64,000 nt of DNA from Candidatus Tiddalikarchaeum anstoanum (GCA_902385255.1 CABMEV010000013.1:14047-78046); one strand, 5' to 3'. Positions 8,501 through 20,495 are shown, counted from the stretch's first letter. The notes: a model not told the origin generated them from the letters alone. Numbers and translations are program-made.

Positions 8501-11116
8501 ATGGTTGAAATAATAAAAGAAAAAGTTGATAGCATAGAATTCAGGGTTTTATCACCGAAGATAATCAAAGCGATGTCTTCAACAAAGATAATAACACCTG
8601 AATTGTACGACGCAGACGGTTACCCTGTAGAAGGAGGACTAATGAATCTGAGAATGGGAGTCATAGAGCCGGGACTTAGATGCAGAACATGCGGAGGAAA
8701 AGTTCACGACTGCGTAGGCCACTTCGGATATATAGAACTCGCAAGACCAGTAGTGCACATATACTACGTTAACTTCATATATGACGCATTAAGATGCACT
8801 TGTGCAAAATGCGGAAGAATATTACTTGATGATAAATCACTAGAAAGATACAAGCTTAAGATGAAAGTGATGAGCAAGCAGAGAGGAAAATTCGAGCAAT
8901 GGGATGTCTCGCATGAAGTAATAAGCAAAGCAAAAACAATATCAGTCTGCCCTCACTGCAACGAGAAGAAAATAAAACTAAAACTGAAAAAGCCGTCATC
9001 ATTCTACGAAGACAAAGTAAGACTCACACCAATAGATGTCCGTGAAAGACTTGAAAGGATACCTGACGAAGACGTTGAACTACTCGGGATGGACCCGGTC
9101 GGCGGAAGACCAGAATGGATGGTATTAACATTATTACCAATACCTTCAACAACAGTAAGGCCAAGTATTACTCTTGAAAGCGGACAAAAAAGTGAGGATG
9201 ACTTAACACACAAATTATCAGATATAGTAAGAACAAACCAGAGGCTTTATGAGAACTTAAACGCAGGAGCGCCGGAAATAATAATCGAAGACTTATGGGA
9301 CTTACTGCAATACCACGTAACTACATATTTCTCAAATAATGTAAGCCAGATTCCACCAGCAAGACACAGAAGCGGAAGACCGCTTAAGACACTTGCCGAG
9401 AGAATAAAAAGCAAAGAAGGAAGATTCAGAAAGAACCTTGCAGGAAAACGTGTCAACTTCTCAGCCCGTAGCGTAATCTCACCAGACCCAAACATAGGAA
9501 TCAACGAAGTGGGAATACCTGAAATAATGGCAAGCAAATTAACAATACCTGAAAGGGTTACAAGCTGGAACATTGACTGGCTGAAAGAGTTCATAAAATC
9601 TTATCCTAAATACCCTTGCGCGTTATACGTATTCACACCGGAAGGTTTCAGGAAAAAAGTAACAGAAGAGACTAAAGAAGTCTTGCTGCAGGAATTAGCA
9701 ATTGGCTACTCGGTCGAGAGAACAATCCAGAACGGGGATATAGTATTATTCAACAGGCAGCCAAGCCTTCACAAAATGAGCATAATGGTGCACCATGTGA
9801 AAGTGCTTCCTTACAAGACATTCAGGCTTAACCTAACAGTTACAGACCCTTACAACGCCGACTTCGATGGTGACGACATGAACCTGCACGTTCCACAAAC
9901 AGAGGAAGCAAGAGCGGAAGCTGAAGAATTAATGGATGTTACAACACAGATAATAAGCCCAAGACTTGGAACTCCAATAGTCGGATGCAAGCAAGACCAC
10001 ATCAGCGGATTATTCAGCCTGACAGGCAAAGATTCAAAATTCAACCGCGAAGAAGCATTCCAATTATTATCAAGAGCAGGAGTCTACGATTCCAACTTGA
10101 AATTTGACAAGGAAGGAATGGCTGAAGGAAAAGAGATATTCTCACAAATACTTCCTAAAGACTTATTCTATGTCGGAAAGAGCGGAACATGCAAGAAGTG
10201 TGCGACCTGCAAGAAAGAGGAATGCACAACTGACTCTTACGTAAAGGTTGACAAAGGACAACTACTATCAGGAGTAATAGATGACAAGAGCGTCGGTGCA
10301 AGAAAAGGATTATTGCTAAATGACATCGCAAAGAAATACACTCCAAAAGAAGTAAGCACGTACCTGCAAAGGATGGCTTTACTTGGAATAGCAACACTTG
10401 ACATCAGAGGATTCACAGTTCTCAGCTCAGACAACGACTTGCCTGAAGAAACTGTAAAAGAGATAAAGAATGTAATCTCAAAATCATTATCAAGCGTAAA
10501 TACAGTGATAAAGAACTACGAAGACGGAGAATTAGTATCCCTTCCTGGAAGAACACTTAGAGAGACTCTTGAACAGAAAATAATCATGCTGTTAAACCAG
10601 TCACGTAACCAGGTTGGAAGCTTAGTGTTAAGCAATGAAACCAAGGAAACAGGAAGCAGCATAATGACAAAGAGCGGAGCAAAAGGCAACCTGTTAAATC
10701 TTGCACAAATGGCAGGATGCGTCGGACAGCAAGTACTTAGAGGATTCAGAATAACAAGAGGATACAATGACCGTCCAACACCGCACTTTAAGAAAGGAGA
10801 CCTTGGAGCGGCAGCTCACGGATTCATACGCCACGGTTACAAAGGAGGACTCACTCCTTCAGAATTCTTCTTCCACGCAATAACATCACGTGACGCGACA
10901 ATGGATACAAGTATGAGAACTCCAAAATCAGGATACTTCCAGAGAAGAATGATCAATGCATTCCAGGATTTCAGAATAGATATGGACAGCAGCGTAAGAG
11001 CAAGCGACGGACACTTAATCCAATTCGCTTACGGAGAAGATGGAATAGATGTATCAAAGAGTGATGCAGGAAGTATAGATGTTGAACGATTAGTGAGGGA
11101 GGTTGCAGAATCATGA
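8501..11116 (+). CDS. rpoA1: DNA-directed RNA polymerase subunit A' (Rpo1N)
   Basis: 871 aa. [15 protein letters not shown] catalytic Mg motif and N-terminal zinc-binding Cys clusters. Confidence 0.95.
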   Translation: MVEIIKEKVDSIEFRVLSPKIIKAMSSTKIITPELYDADGYPVEGGLMNLRMGVIEPGLRCRTCGGKVHDCVGHFGYIELARPVVHIYYVNFIYDALRCTCAKCGRILLDDKSLERYKLKMKVMSKQRGKFEQWDVSHEVISKAKTISVCPHCNEKKIKLKLKKPSSFYEDKVRLTPIDVRERLERIPDEDVELLGMDPVGGRPEWMVLTLLPIPSTTVRPSITLESGQKSEDDLTHKLSDIVRTNQRLYENLNAGAPEIIIEDLWDLLQYHVTTYFSNNVSQIPPARHRSGRPLKTLAERIKSKEGRFRKNLAGKRVNFSARSVISPDPNIGINEVGIPEIMASKLTIPERVTSWNIDWLKEFIKSYPKYPCALYVFTPEGFRKKVTEETKEVLLQELAIGYSVERTIQNGDIVLFNRQPSLHKMSIMVHHVKVLPYKTFRLNLTVTDPYNADFDGDDMNLHVPQTEEARAEAEELMDVTTQIISPRLGTPIVGCKQDHISGLFSLTGKDSKFNREEAFQLLSRAGVYDSNLKFDKEGMAEGKEIFSQILPKDLFYVGKSGTCKKCATCKKEECTTDSYVKVDKGQLLSGVIDDKSVGARKGLLLNDIAKKYTPKEVSTYLQRMALLGIATLDIRGFTVLSSDNDLPEETVKEIKNVISKSLSSVNTVIKNYEDGELVSLPGRTLRETLEQKIIMLLNQSRNQVGSLVLSNETKETGSSIMTKSGAKGNLLNLAQMAGCVGQQVLRGFRITRGYNDRPTPHFKKGDLGAAAHGFIRHGYKGGLTPSEFFFHAITSRDATMDTSMRTPKSGYFQRRMINAFQDFRIDMDSSVRASDGHLIQFAYGEDGIDVSKSDAGSIDVERLVREVAES

Positions 11117-12249
11117 ATTTAGACGAATCAGAAAAAATATTGCCGAAAAACGTATTTACAAAGCTGAAAACCAAAATTGCAGAATATAAATTAGCAGGAA
11201 AGAAAGCAGAAACAGCTGTTGACAAAGTAGTTGAATCATACAAAAAGTCCAGGATTTGCCCGGCTGAAAGTGTGGGAGTAATCGCAGCACAAAGCATTGG
11301 AGAACCAGGTACGCAGATGACTTTAAACACAAAGCACTTCGCAGGAGTTTCAGAAATGAATGTTACAGTAGGACTGCCTCGTATCATTGAAATATTCGGC
11401 GCAAGAAAAGAAGCAGAAACCCCTTCAATGAATGTCTACTTAAAAAGCCCTTACAATAACAGCGAGAAGTTCATAAGACAGCTTTCAGCAACGATATTGG
11501 AAGTGCTGCTCGAAGATGTGACAAAAGAAATTAACGTTGACTTAATGAATATGCAGATTGAAGCGAAGCTCGACCTTGAGGAACTGCGCAACTTAAGCGT
11601 GAACTTCAACACTGCGCTTGCCGCATTAAAAAACGGTTTGAAAAAGTGTGAGATAACAGAAGACGGCGACAAGATAATAATAAAACCAAAGTCTGACATA
11701 AAAATCGGCGACTTGTTCAAGCTGAAAGTTGTAGCATCAGAAATATTAATAGAAGGAATCATGGGAATAAAACAAGTTGTTCCAATGAAACGAAACGAGG
11801 AGTACGTTTTAGTAACTGCAGGAAGCAATCTTAAGGAAGTCCTGAAAATAAAAGAAGTCGACAAGGAGAGGACTATAACTAATGATGTTTATGAAGTATG
11901 GAAAGTGCTCGGAATCGAAGCGGCAAGAACTGCAATCATAGAAGAAACTTTAAAAACATTTAATGAACAAGGATTGTCAGTTGACGTCAGGCATTTAATG
12001 CTTGTCGCAGACGTTATGACCAATGACGGACAAGTCATGGGAATAGGAAGATATGGTGTTTCCGGACAAAAAACAAGCGTGCTTGCAAGGGCAAGCTTTG
12101 AAGTAGCATTAAAACACTTGTTCAGCGCAGCAGTCCATAGGGAAGTTGACGAATTGAAAGGTGTTGTTGAAAACGTCATGATTAACCAGCAGATTCCTGT
12201 AGGAACAGGATTTTACAAGCTGAAAATGAAAGAGGCCAAAAAGCAATGA
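11113..12249 (+). CDS. rpoA2: DNA-directed RNA polymerase subunit A'' (Rpo1C)
   Basis: 378 aa. 4-nt overlap with rpoA1. [21 protein letters not shown] trigger-loop region. Confidence 0.95.
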   Translation: MNLDESEKILPKNVFTKLKTKIAEYKLAGKKAETAVDKVVESYKKSRICPAESVGVIAAQSIGEPGTQMTLNTKHFAGVSEMNVTVGLPRIIEIFGARKEAETPSMNVYLKSPYNNSEKFIRQLSATILEVLLEDVTKEINVDLMNMQIEAKLDLEELRNLSVNFNTALAALKNGLKKCEITEDGDKIIIKPKSDIKIGDLFKLKVVASEILIEGIMGIKQVVPMKRNEEYVLVTAGSNLKEVLKIKEVDKERTITNDVYEVWKVLGIEAARTAIIEETLKTFNEQGLSVDVRHLMLVADVMTNDGQVMGIGRYGVSGQKTSVLARASFEVALKHLFSAAVHREVDELKGVVENVMINQQIPVGTGFYKLKMKEAKKQ

Positions 12250-12518
12250 ACACAATTGATAGAATAAAAAAAGCAATAAAAGAAGGTAATTTTAAAATAG
12301 GTTACAATACAACAGTGAAAGCTTTAAAGAATGGAAAAGCAGAACTCGTGGTTATAGCAAATAATGCTCCTGAAGGTGTGAAGAAAGAGATTGAAAATCT
12401 TGGAAAAGTTGCAAAGTCAGAAGTTGAAGTATTTGAAAAATCAAACATAGAACTCGGTGCGACTTGCAAGAAACCTTTTGGAGTAATGTTAGTAGCTGTT
12501 ACACGTGAAAAGAAATGA
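12246..12518 (+). CDS. rpl30e: 50S ribosomal protein L30e
   Basis: 90 aa, L7Ae/L30e fold pattern ([13 protein letters not shown]...[17 protein letters not shown]). Canonical position after rpoA''. Confidence 0.85.
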   Translation: MNTIDRIKKAIKEGNFKIGYNTTVKALKNGKAELVVIANNAPEGVKKEIENLGKVAKSEVEVFEKSNIELGATCKKPFGVMLVAVTREKK

Positions 12519-12940
12519 TAAGCGCCACATTCAAGCTAGACACAGATGCTATTAAACAAATAGCTTTTTTCGAATCTATTACTCACGCTAAAGTAAGCGA
12601 TTGTGCAGAAATAGAGGATAAATTACTTTTCATAGTAGGGGAAGGAAATATAGGAAAAGCCATCGGGAAGAACGGCTCAAACGTCAAACTGCTCGAGCAA
12701 AAATTCAACAAGAAAGTTGAGATTATAGAATTCAATAATGACCCTGCAAAATTCGTTGCTAATATATTAAGGCCCGTCGAGGTTAAAAGTTCAGAAATAG
12801 TGACTAACGGTTCATCTAATGTTTTGAATGTAATTATTAACTGTACACGTGCAATGTTCCCAAGCAAAAAGGTTAAAAAAGCCAAGCTTCTTCTTAAAAA
12901 ATACTTTCCACAGATTGGTGAGGTGACAATAACAACATGA
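12515..12940 (+). CDS. nusA: archaeal NusA-like transcription termination/antitermination protein (two KH domains)
   Basis: 141 aa. [25 protein letters not shown] motif. Canonical position between L30e and S12. Confidence 0.85.
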   Translation: MISATFKLDTDAIKQIAFFESITHAKVSDCAEIEDKLLFIVGEGNIGKAIGKNGSNVKLLEQKFNKKVEIIEFNNDPAKFVANILRPVEVKSSEIVTNGSSNVLNVIINCTRAMFPSKKVKKAKLLLKKYFPQIGEVTITT

Positions 12941-13401
12941 AGAAAACAAGAGGATTATTCGCTGGAATTAAACTATCAGAACGAAGAAAAAAATTCAAGT
13001 ATGCAAGAAGAGGAAGCAGAGAACAAGCTTTTGGTATTTGGAAGAAATTCGACCCATTAGAGGGTGCTCCAGCAGCTAGAGGAATAGTGCTGCAGAAAAA
13101 ACCAGTAGAGAGAAAGTCGCCAAACAGTGGATTAATCAAGTGTGTAGTAGTGCAGCTAGTCAAAAACGGCAAGACAGTTACCGCTTTCGTTCCAGGCAGT
13201 GGTGGAATAAAACACGTTGATGAGCATAATGAAGTAATTATTGAACGTGTAGGAGCCCCACAGAGAGTAGCAAAAGGTGATATTCCAGGAGTCAAATTCA
13301 AAGTTATAAAAGTGAACGGCGTCGCATTAAGCGAGTTAATGAAAGGTAAAGGACCCAAGACTCAAGCAGCGGCAGCACCAGCAGCAGGTGGTAAGAAATG
13401 A
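12937..13401 (+). CDS. rps12: 30S ribosomal protein S12 (uS12)
   Basis: 154 aa. ...[28 protein letters not shown]...[15 protein letters not shown]. Short Ala-rich C-terminal tail. Confidence 0.95.
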   Translation: MKKTRGLFAGIKLSERRKKFKYARRGSREQAFGIWKKFDPLEGAPAARGIVLQKKPVERKSPNSGLIKCVVVQLVKNGKTVTAFVPGSGGIKHVDEHNEVIIERVGAPQRVAKGDIPGVKFKVIKVNGVALSELMKGKGPKTQAAAAPAAGGKK

Positions 13402-14219
13402 GTGAAGCAAAAATGGAAGCAAAACCAGCAGAAGTAAAACCTGAAGCAAAGCATGTAATAGAAGCCAAACCTGAAGTAAAACACGCTGAAGCAAAAATGG
13501 AAGCAAAACATGCTGAAAAGCCGGAAGCAAAGCATGCAGTGGAAGCCAAGCCTGAAGTAAAACATGCTGAAGCAAAACATGCTGTTTCTGAAGCTAAGAA
13601 TATCATTGAAGGAAAATCTTCATTATCAAATATTAAATTATTCGGCAAATGGGACAGTAATGTAATAATTGCAGACCCGGGACTTCAGAGATATATCACA
13701 TTAAGACCTATGTATGTTCCAAAAAGCCAGGGCCGCTTCGAGGCTAAAAAGTTCTGGAAAAGCAAAGCTCACATTGTTGAAAGATTAATGAATAAGATTG
13801 GAGTGACGGCGCATAAAGGTAAGAAGCACTGGAAAGTAAGCGGAATAAATGCAGGGAAATACTTGCTGCAGTATAATACTATCCTAAAAACGTTTGACAT
13901 AATAGAAAAGAAACTTAAGGAGAATCCTATTCAAATACTCGTTAAAGCTGTTGAGAATTCAAGCCCGTGTGCTGAAGTAATACCAATAGAGTATGGTGGC
14001 ATAAAACATCCAAAAAGTGTTGATGTAGCGCCTCAGAGAAGGGTTGACTTATCTTTAAGGTGGCTGACTCAGGGTTCGCTTCAAGAATCAGTATCAAAAC
14101 ACAAGCCTTACTTTGAAGTACTGGCTGATAATTTAATCGCTGCAGCCCAGAATGACACTAAATGTTATGCGGTTAACAAGAAACAAGAAACAGAAAGACA
14201 AGCAGTGGCAAGCAGGTAA
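13398..14219 (+). CDS. rps7: 30S ribosomal protein S7 (uS7) with ~75-aa repetitive Lys/Glu/Ala/His N-terminal extension
   Basis: 273 aa. The conserved core starts near [24 protein letters not shown] (about residue 80). The preceding residues are [12 protein letters not shown]-type repeats. Confidence 0.9.
   Translation: MSEAKMEAKPAEVKPEAKHVIEAKPEVKHAEAKMEAKHAEKPEAKHAVEAKPEVKHAEAKHAVSEAKNIIEGKSSLSNIKLFGKWDSNVIIADPGLQRYITLRPMYVPKSQGRFEAKKFWKSKAHIVERLMNKIGVTAHKGKKHWKVSGINAGKYLLQYNTILKTFDIIEKKLKENPIQILVKAVENSSPCAEVIPIEYGGIKHPKSVDVAPQRRVDLSLRWLTQGSLQESVSKHKPYFEVLADNLIAAAQNDTKCYAVNKKQETERQAVASR
13440..13577 (+). repeat. in-frame direct repeat (57-nt cores, 81-nt period) inside the rps7 5' extension
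   Basis: cctgaagcaaagcatgtaatagaagccaaacctgaagtaaaacacgctgaagcaaaa (13440-13496) recurs as ccggaagcaaagcatgcagtggaagccaagcctgaagtaaaacatgctgaagcaaaa (13521-13577). Confidence 0.85.
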
Positions 14220-14246
14220 AAATCCTGCCTATCTTTTATTTTTTAA
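14212..14246. terminator. hairpin plus T-rich tract between convergent rps7 and an orphan gene
   Basis: GCAGG-taaaaat-CCTGC (14212-14228) followed by ctatcttttatttttt. Weak 5-bp stem. Confidence 0.35.
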
Positions 14247-14255
14247 AAACTAATT

Positions 14256-14675
14256 TTATTTTAGTTCATACTTTTTATAAGTCAAGTTTAGCCACCCGTA
14301 CAGTTTGCTGTGCAATTTTTCAGATAATGTTGCTATATCTGCTGCATCCTTTTTCAGTGACGGATCGTTCTCCTTCGACCAAACCAGCGCTTTACCATTC
14401 TTAAACATCACATTACAGACAGGCTGCCTAGTATAATCCCTGATTCCCGGATAAACAGTTATTAAATAAGTTGAATTATCCTGAAACTCTGTGCGTTTAA
14501 ACCTGTCAGTTATTTTTTCCAGATAATGGTAAAACTCGCTGGTTATATTTACATTAGCATGATAACCTGAGATTACTACGTCCTCAAGCAAAAGCACCTT
14601 TACGACTACATTATTCTCATAACTATTTACTATATTTATTAGTTCACTTTCACTTTCAACCATTTTTTTAAACAC
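14256..14675 (-). CDS. hypothetical protein (orphan), inserted antisense between rps7 and fusA
   Basis: 139-aa ORF, no recognisable motif. No competing ORF on the other strand. Coding-like composition. Confidence 0.5.
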   Translation of the reverse strand: MFKKMVESESELINIVNSYENNVVVKVLLLEDVVISGYHANVNITSEFYHYLEKITDRFKRTEFQDNSTYLITVYPGIRDYTRQPVCNVMFKNGKALVWSKENDPSLKKDAADIATLSEKLHSKLYGWLNLTYKKYELK

Positions 14676-14917
14676 CTCATGTTATTTTTTATCCAGTAAT
14701 ATTTCTGCCCAAAAAAAATTCTAAAAACATTAATTAGAAAACGTTTTTGAGGCAAGAAATTTTTTTTAGTTAAAAATTTCTTTTATAACAATACTACTAG
14801 AACTAATACAGAGCAAGAACTAACTTTAATTCCACAATTCAGTCCTTTCTCATTACTCATAATTAAAATTTAATGGTATTTTATTATTTATAAATTTGTC
14901 CAAAGCAATAGAGTTAA

Positions 14918-14926
14918 TTTTATAAA
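14918..14926 (+). promoter_or_regulatory. TATA-like box for fusA (leaderless-type spacing)
   Basis: TTTTATAAA centred ~28 nt upstream of the fusA ATG (14950). No SD in between. Confidence 0.4.
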
Positions 14927-14949
14927 CCCTATATAGTTGTATTTTCTTC

Positions 14950-17139
14950 ATGGCAAAAAAGGAAGATGTTGATATTAGGCAATTAATGGATAATCCAAGC
15001 CATATTCGAAATCTTGGTATTATCGCTCACATTAACCACGGTAAGACGTCAATCTCTGACTCATTACTAGCAGGTGCAGGACTTCTAAGTATGAAGATTG
15101 CAGGAAAAGCTCTTGCAACAAACAGCTTAGAGGAAGAAAAACAAAGAGGAATAACAATCCTTGCCAGCGCCGTAACAATGGTGCACGAATATAACGGGGA
15201 ACACTACCTTGTAAACTTGATTGATACTCCGGGACACATCGACTTCGGAGGAGAAGTAACAAGAAGCCTTCGTGCAGTTGACGGAGCAGTAGTTGTAGTC
15301 TGCGCAGTTGACGGAATAATGCCTCAGACAGAGACAGTGCTTAAGCAGGCAATCCGTGAAAGGGTAAAACCAGTGCTCTTCATAAACAAAGTTGACAGAT
15401 TAATAAAAGAGTTAAAATTAACTCCTGAAAAGATGCAGGAAAGATTCATTACAATAATTACAAAAATAAACAAGATGATCAGCCAGTGGGCGCCACCGGA
15501 GTATAAAGAATTATGGCAGGTTAAAATCCAGGATAACAGCGTAGCATTCGGAAGCGCATTCTCAAACTGGGCTTTATCAGCAGACCAGATGGCAAAGACA
15601 GGACTCAACTTTAAGAAAATAATCGACTCTTATGAGGGAACAGAAGATGAAGTCAGGGAAAAAGTATTGAAACTTGCAGAACTAGCGCCTGTTTACAAGA
15701 TAATAATGGACATGACAATAAAGCACCACCCAAGTCCTATTGAAGCGCAAAAATACAGAGTGCCTCACTTATGGAGAGGAGACTTGCAAACTCCAATGGG
15801 TAAGAGTCTAGTAAACTGCGATCCTAAAGGAAAAGCATTATTTGTAGTAACACAAGTCATAACCGACCCGACATTCGGCGAGTTATCATTCGGACGAGTA
15901 TTCTCAGGAACATTAAAAGAAGGCCAGGAATTAATAATGGCCGACAAAGGAACACCTCAGAAAGCGCAAAGACTGTTCATCATGGTCTGCGACAAAAGGG
16001 TTGGAATGCAGAGCATACCTGCAGGATGCACAGCAGCAATCATAGGATTAAGGGATATGACCAGCGGACAAACCCTTGCTGAAGAGGAGACAACACCTTT
16101 CGAAGCAATAAAACACATATTCGATTCAGTAGTAACGAAGGCAATCGAGCCGAAAGACCCGAACGATTTGCCAAAACTGATACAAGCATTAAGAGAAGTA
16201 AACAAGGAAGACCCGACAGTCGTCATTAAGATAAACGAGGAGACTGGGGAGAACTTAATCTCAGGACTTGGAGAACTACACTTAGAAGATGTCATAGACA
16301 GAAGAATCGTGAAACAGAGAAAAGTTAACGTTAAAGTAAGCCCTCCAATAGTCGTTTACCGTGAAGGTGTAAAAGGAAACACACCAACTGATATTGAAGG
16401 AAAAAGCCCTAACAAGCACAACAAGTTCTACATCAAAGTAAAACCATTAGAACAGGGAGTTTACGAAGCGATAAAGAATGGAAACATAGCAGAGAAGAGG
16501 ATAAAGAAGAAAGATACAGAACTATGGCAGTCATTATTCGCAGCAGGAATGGATAAGGAAGAAGCCAAAAGCGTGAAAGAAGTATTCAACGGAAACGTAT
16601 TCGTAGACAACACGAGCGGAGAAGTGCACTTAATAGAAGTAATGGAAACAGTGCTTGACGCTTTCGAGGCAGTGATGAAAGAAGGACCACTTGCGAGAGA
16701 GCAGGTCTTCGGAGTCAAAGTGGAATTAAACGATGTCGTACTTCACGAAGATGCAATACACAGAGGCCCTGCACAGGTTATCCCTGCAATGAGAGACGGC
16801 ATCAAAGACGCATTCAGGGCTGCAGACCCAATAATGATGGAGCCAATCCAGAAGATAAGAATTGACGCGCCAATGAATTGTCTTGGAAACATTTCAAAAC
16901 TATTACTTGGAAGAAGAGGACAATTATTAGACACGGAATTCGAAGGAGACGATGTTGTAATAACAGGAAGACTGCCTGTTGCAGAAAGCTTCGGATTCAT
17001 GACAGACCTTAGAAGCGCAACAATGGGAAGAGGCGTCTGGAGTCTTATAGATTCAACATTCGAAAGAGTGCCAAAGGAACTGCAGCCTGGAGTAATAGAA
17101 GGAATAAGAACAAGAAAAGGCCTGACAGAGAACCAGTAA
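14950..17139 (+). CDS. fusA: translation elongation factor 2 (aEF-2)
   Basis: 729 aa. GTPase motifs AHINHGKTS, DTPGHIDF, NKVD. Diphthamide-region HEDAIHRGPAQ. Confidence 0.97.
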   Translation: MAKKEDVDIRQLMDNPSHIRNLGIIAHINHGKTSISDSLLAGAGLLSMKIAGKALATNSLEEEKQRGITILASAVTMVHEYNGEHYLVNLIDTPGHIDFGGEVTRSLRAVDGAVVVVCAVDGIMPQTETVLKQAIRERVKPVLFINKVDRLIKELKLTPEKMQERFITIITKINKMISQWAPPEYKELWQVKIQDNSVAFGSAFSNWALSADQMAKTGLNFKKIIDSYEGTEDEVREKVLKLAELAPVYKIIMDMTIKHHPSPIEAQKYRVPHLWRGDLQTPMGKSLVNCDPKGKALFVVTQVITDPTFGELSFGRVFSGTLKEGQELIMADKGTPQKAQRLFIMVCDKRVGMQSIPAGCTAAIIGLRDMTSGQTLAEEETTPFEAIKHIFDSVVTKAIEPKDPNDLPKLIQALREVNKEDPTVVIKINEETGENLISGLGELHLEDVIDRRIVKQRKVNVKVSPPIVVYREGVKGNTPTDIEGKSPNKHNKFYIKVKPLEQGVYEAIKNGNIAEKRIKKKDTELWQSLFAAGMDKEEAKSVKEVFNGNVFVDNTSGEVHLIEVMETVLDAFEAVMKEGPLAREQVFGVKVELNDVVLHEDAIHRGPAQVIPAMRDGIKDAFRAADPIMMEPIQKIRIDAPMNCLGNISKLLLGRRGQLLDTEFEGDDVVITGRLPVAESFGFMTDLRSATMGRGVWSLIDSTFERVPKELQPGVIEGIRTRKGLTENQ

Positions 17140-17212
17140 ACCTGGAACTCTTTTTATTTCTATTATTTTTTTACATTTTTAACTTATTATTTTAAATTTT
17201 TTTTAAAAGAAT

Positions 17213-17234
17213 AAATTTTTATATATAAAAATTT
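17213..17234. promoter_or_regulatory. perfect 22-nt AT palindrome / TATA-like element
   Basis: aaatttttatatataaaaattt is centred ~28 nt upstream of ATG 17251. Confidence 0.3.
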
Positions 17235-17250
17235 AGAAAGAAAACTACTT

Positions 17251-17490
17251 ATGGGGAATATTGAGGTTAACTTTAACACTTTCCTGCCTAATTTAAGTGC
17301 ACTAACAAGGTATTATTCTGAACTTTTGTTTGAAAACTGCGAAGATTTCATGGGTAACCCGATAGTAGGATTATATGAGCACCCTGTTGTGATATCACAA
17401 TCAAAGAATAAAATTAAGATATTAATACTGTATGAATCAGATAATAATGCTTCTAAAGATGCTAAATACGAATCAAGCAGTTATATTTAA
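17251..17490 (+). CDS. small hypothetical protein
   Basis: 79-aa ORF in the 544-nt fusA-tuf spacer. ATG at leaderless distance from a TATA-like palindrome. No homology recognised. Confidence 0.35.
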   Translation: MGNIEVNFNTFLPNLSALTRYYSELLFENCEDFMGNPIVGLYEHPVVISQSKNKIKILILYESDNNASKDAKYESSSYI

Positions 17491-17683
17491 AACACTGATT
17501 TTTTTTGGGAAACTTGGGAACTTTTTTAATAAACTAGCAATATAGGATACTACCAAGCTAATAATAAGGCAAAACTGCCTAAAATTCGATTTTATACACC
17601 AAATAAGATTTGTAAAATAGCAAACTTTAAAAACACTAATTAGTTTTTTGTAACTTACGATATATTCGGGGAGTTAAAATAAT

Positions 17684-18958
17684 ATGGCAAAACAAAAACC
17701 ACACTTAAACGTCGTATTCGTTGGTCACGTTGACCATGGAAAATCAACACTTATGGGAAGACTGTTATACGAAACAGGTACTATAAGCAAACAAGATCTT
17801 GATAAAAACAAGAAAATAGCTGAAGAGCTTGGAAAAGCAACTTTCGAGTATGCTTACGCCACTGATGAGACAGTTGAAGAAAGAAAGAGAGGAATAACAA
17901 TTGAATTATCACACAAGAAGTTCCAGACTCCAAACTATGAAGTTACACTTATTGACGCACCAGGCCACAAAGACTTCGTAAAAAACATGATTACTGGAGC
18001 CAGCCAGGCAGATGCAGCAATCTTAATCGTTGCAGCACCAGAAGGAGTGCAGCAGCAGACTATGGAGCACATATTCTTATGTAAAACGCAGGGTGTCAAA
18101 CAAATTGCAGTTGCAATAAACAAGATGGATGCAGTAAAGTATGACCAAGCCAGGTATGAAACTATAAAGAAAGAATTATCAGAACTATTCATGAGAGTAG
18201 GATACAAACCTGACGATATAATATTCATACCAACAAGTGCATTAGACCCGGAAGCAACAAACGTCAAAGTAAAAGGTGTAAAGACACCATGGTATACTGG
18301 CCCAACATTATTCGAAAGAATAGACAGTTTCAAACTGCCAGAAAAACCAGTGAACTTGCCTTTAAGAATTCCAATACAAGATGTTTATTCAATCACAGGA
18401 ATTGGAACAGTACCTGTTGGAAAAGTAGAGACTGGTGTATTAAAAATTGGACAAAAAATAGTATTCATGCCTGAGAAAGCAGCAGGAGAAGTAAAAACAA
18501 TAGAGATGCACCATGAACAGATACAAAGTGCAGAGCCAGGAGACAATATAGGATTCAACGTCAGAGGAGTCGGAAAGGCAGACATACACAGAGGAAGCGT
18601 TGCAGGACCAGCAGAAGCACCACCAACAGTGGCAAAACAGTTCACAGCACAAATAATGGTACTACAGCATCCAACAGTGATAACAGTAGGTTATACACCA
18701 GTACTGCACTGCGGCACATCACAAACAGCTTGTAAGATTGCTGAAATAAAAGCAAAATTAGACCCTAAAACAGGACAGATAAAAGAACAAAAACCAGACT
18801 TCATAAAGAGGGGAGATGCAGCAATCGTAGTATTCGAACCAATGAAACCAATGGTCATAGAGAGAAAAGCAGACATACCACAACTATCAACATTCGCAAT
18901 AAGAGACATGGGAATGACAATTGGCGCAGGAATGTGCACAGAATTAGTAAAAGCATAA
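17684..18958 (+). CDS. tuf: translation elongation factor 1-alpha (aEF-1A)
   Basis: 424 aa. [21 protein letters not shown] motifs. GGGGAG SD ~11 nt upstream. Confidence 0.97.
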   Translation: MAKQKPHLNVVFVGHVDHGKSTLMGRLLYETGTISKQDLDKNKKIAEELGKATFEYAYATDETVEERKRGITIELSHKKFQTPNYEVTLIDAPGHKDFVKNMITGASQADAAILIVAAPEGVQQQTMEHIFLCKTQGVKQIAVAINKMDAVKYDQARYETIKKELSELFMRVGYKPDDIIFIPTSALDPEATNVKVKGVKTPWYTGPTLFERIDSFKLPEKPVNLPLRIPIQDVYSITGIGTVPVGKVETGVLKIGQKIVFMPEKAAGEVKTIEMHHEQIQSAEPGDNIGFNVRGVGKADIHRGSVAGPAEAPPTVAKQFTAQIMVLQHPTVITVGYTPVLHCGTSQTACKIAEIKAKLDPKTGQIKEQKPDFIKRGDAAIVVFEPMKPMVIERKADIPQLSTFAIRDMGMTIGAGMCTELVKA

Positions 18959-18991
18959 ATATTTGGCTTTTACCAAATATTTATTTTTTTT
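18957..18991 (+). terminator. intrinsic-terminator-like hairpin plus T8 after tuf
   Basis: Perfect 10-bp stem AAATATTTGG (18957-18966) / CCAAATATTT (18973-18982), 6-nt loop, then a T8 run (18984-18991). Confidence 0.6.
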
Positions 18992-19031
18992 ACAATTATT
19001 TTTAAATCATTAATAACTTTCTAATCCCTAA

Positions 19032-20495
19032 ATGAAATTTTCAGACATTAAGAAGGAGTATATACTGGCAGCGATAATAATACTCGCATTAATACTCAGG
19101 CTTTACCAGTGGGATAATTACGCCTTCGCTTTCTATGATGAAGGAGTTCATGCATTTTTCGGAGTCGCATCCAGCATTAATCCCGTTATGGAGACACTAT
19201 ACCAGCCGCCAGTCCTCTTCCTACTTGAAGGAGCCATATATTCCATAATTCACTCAGTTTTAGTTTTCAGATTATTACTGATAATATTAAGTGTAATCTC
19301 AATAATACTTGCTTATATCTGGGTTAAGAATGATTACTCGGTGAATGAAGCATTGCTTATTGCACTCTTCCTTGCAACGGCACCGCTCCACATACTGCAC
19401 AGCCGATTCCTAAATCAAGACTCATTATTATTCTGCTTAGGGCTTGGTGTCCTTATATTAGTACAAACATATTCGAAAAAACCAAAGAAAGCATACTTAT
19501 TACTTGCAGGAATATTACTTGGAATAGGTGCGTTTACAAAATTCACCTTTTTAATGTTTAACATTATAGCACTGGCTTACGCGTTATATTTGAAAAAGAT
19601 ATCATTAAAGAAAGTTTCAAACATCATAATCGGAGAATCACTTATAATATTATTATTCATGCTGCCTTTAATAATAACATGGATTAAAAGCTCGGGAAGC
19701 ACTTACGCAATCACTAATTTTTTCAGCCAGTACGCTGCAGAGAACGTGGGTGAATCAACAATTACACCGCTCACAACCATATTTTACATAGGGCGCAGTT
19801 TCATCTTTTTAGGATTCAGCTTCATACTCCTTGTCTACACATTGTTAACAAATAAGAACTTAGACAGGAAACACTTATTCCTGATTTACTGGATAATATA
19901 CGCAATACTCATCTTATCATTATCATCAAAAGCAATGCTTAGATACTTATTAATGCAGAACTTGGCTTACATACCCATTTTCCTGCTTGCAATAAATGCA
20001 TTATTCAGTTTTAACAAGAAAGTATGGGCTCTGTTCATATTATTAATAATAGGATTGGACTCTTACTATTATTACATATTCATAACTAATCCTGTAAGCA
20101 TCCCTGAATTTTCAGCATTCTTCATAGAGACAAAGCCATTCATTGAAACGATTGCTTACTTGAGGCAAACAATGACAGTTAATGATTCAATAATAACCAA
20201 TGAGCCTTACCTGTTCATACCCATGGGATTAAACATTTACTCTGCGAATTACGAGAATCACATACTTTGCCCGAACAAGAACGTAAAATACTTAATCCTC
20301 ATAAATAGTTCACTAGGCTTTGACCTGTTTACTTACATGAATGACGTAACAAGATTAAGCAATTATTATTCTCTTGACAGGAACATATCCAATAGGGAGA
20401 CTACTTTCTACATATACAACGTTACAGGCAATCCTGCATGCGGTCCAATGATACCTCCGCTAAAAAGAGGATTATACCTTAAGGATATAATATAA
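19032..20495 (+). CDS. GT-C fold membrane glycosyltransferase (family 39/83-like, ArnT/PMT type)
   Basis: 487 aa, more than 10 predicted TM helices. Acidic first-loop motif YDEGVHAFFG. Soluble C-terminal tail. Confidence 0.55.
   Translation: MKFSDIKKEYILAAIIILALILRLYQWDNYAFAFYDEGVHAFFGVASSINPVMETLYQPPVLFLLEGAIYSIIHSVLVFRLLLIILSVISIILAYIWVKNDYSVNEALLIALFLATAPLHILHSRFLNQDSLLFCLGLGVLILVQTYSKKPKKAYLLLAGILLGIGAFTKFTFLMFNIIALAYALYLKKISLKKVSNIIIGESLIILLFMLPLIITWIKSSGSTYAITNFFSQYAAENVGESTITPLTTIFYIGRSFIFLGFSFILLVYTLLTNKNLDRKHLFLIYWIIYAILILSLSSKAMLRYLLMQNLAYIPIFLLAINALFSFNKKVWALFILLIIGLDSYYYYIFITNPVSIPEFSAFFIETKPFIETIAYLRQTMTVNDSIITNEPYLFIPMGLNIYSANYENHILCPNKNVKYLILINSSLGFDLFTYMNDVTRLSNYYSLDRNISNRETTFYIYNVTGNPACGPMIPPLKRGLYLKDII

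Noticed and set aside
13304-13648. Three antisense ORFs (72-114 aa) overlapping the 5' part of rps7
   Set aside because: They are reverse-complement readings of the GAA/GCA/AAA-rich coding repeat of the uS7 extension, giving low-complexity Phe/Cys/Leu/Ala strings. The plus-strand frame is continuous with a conserved uS7 core.
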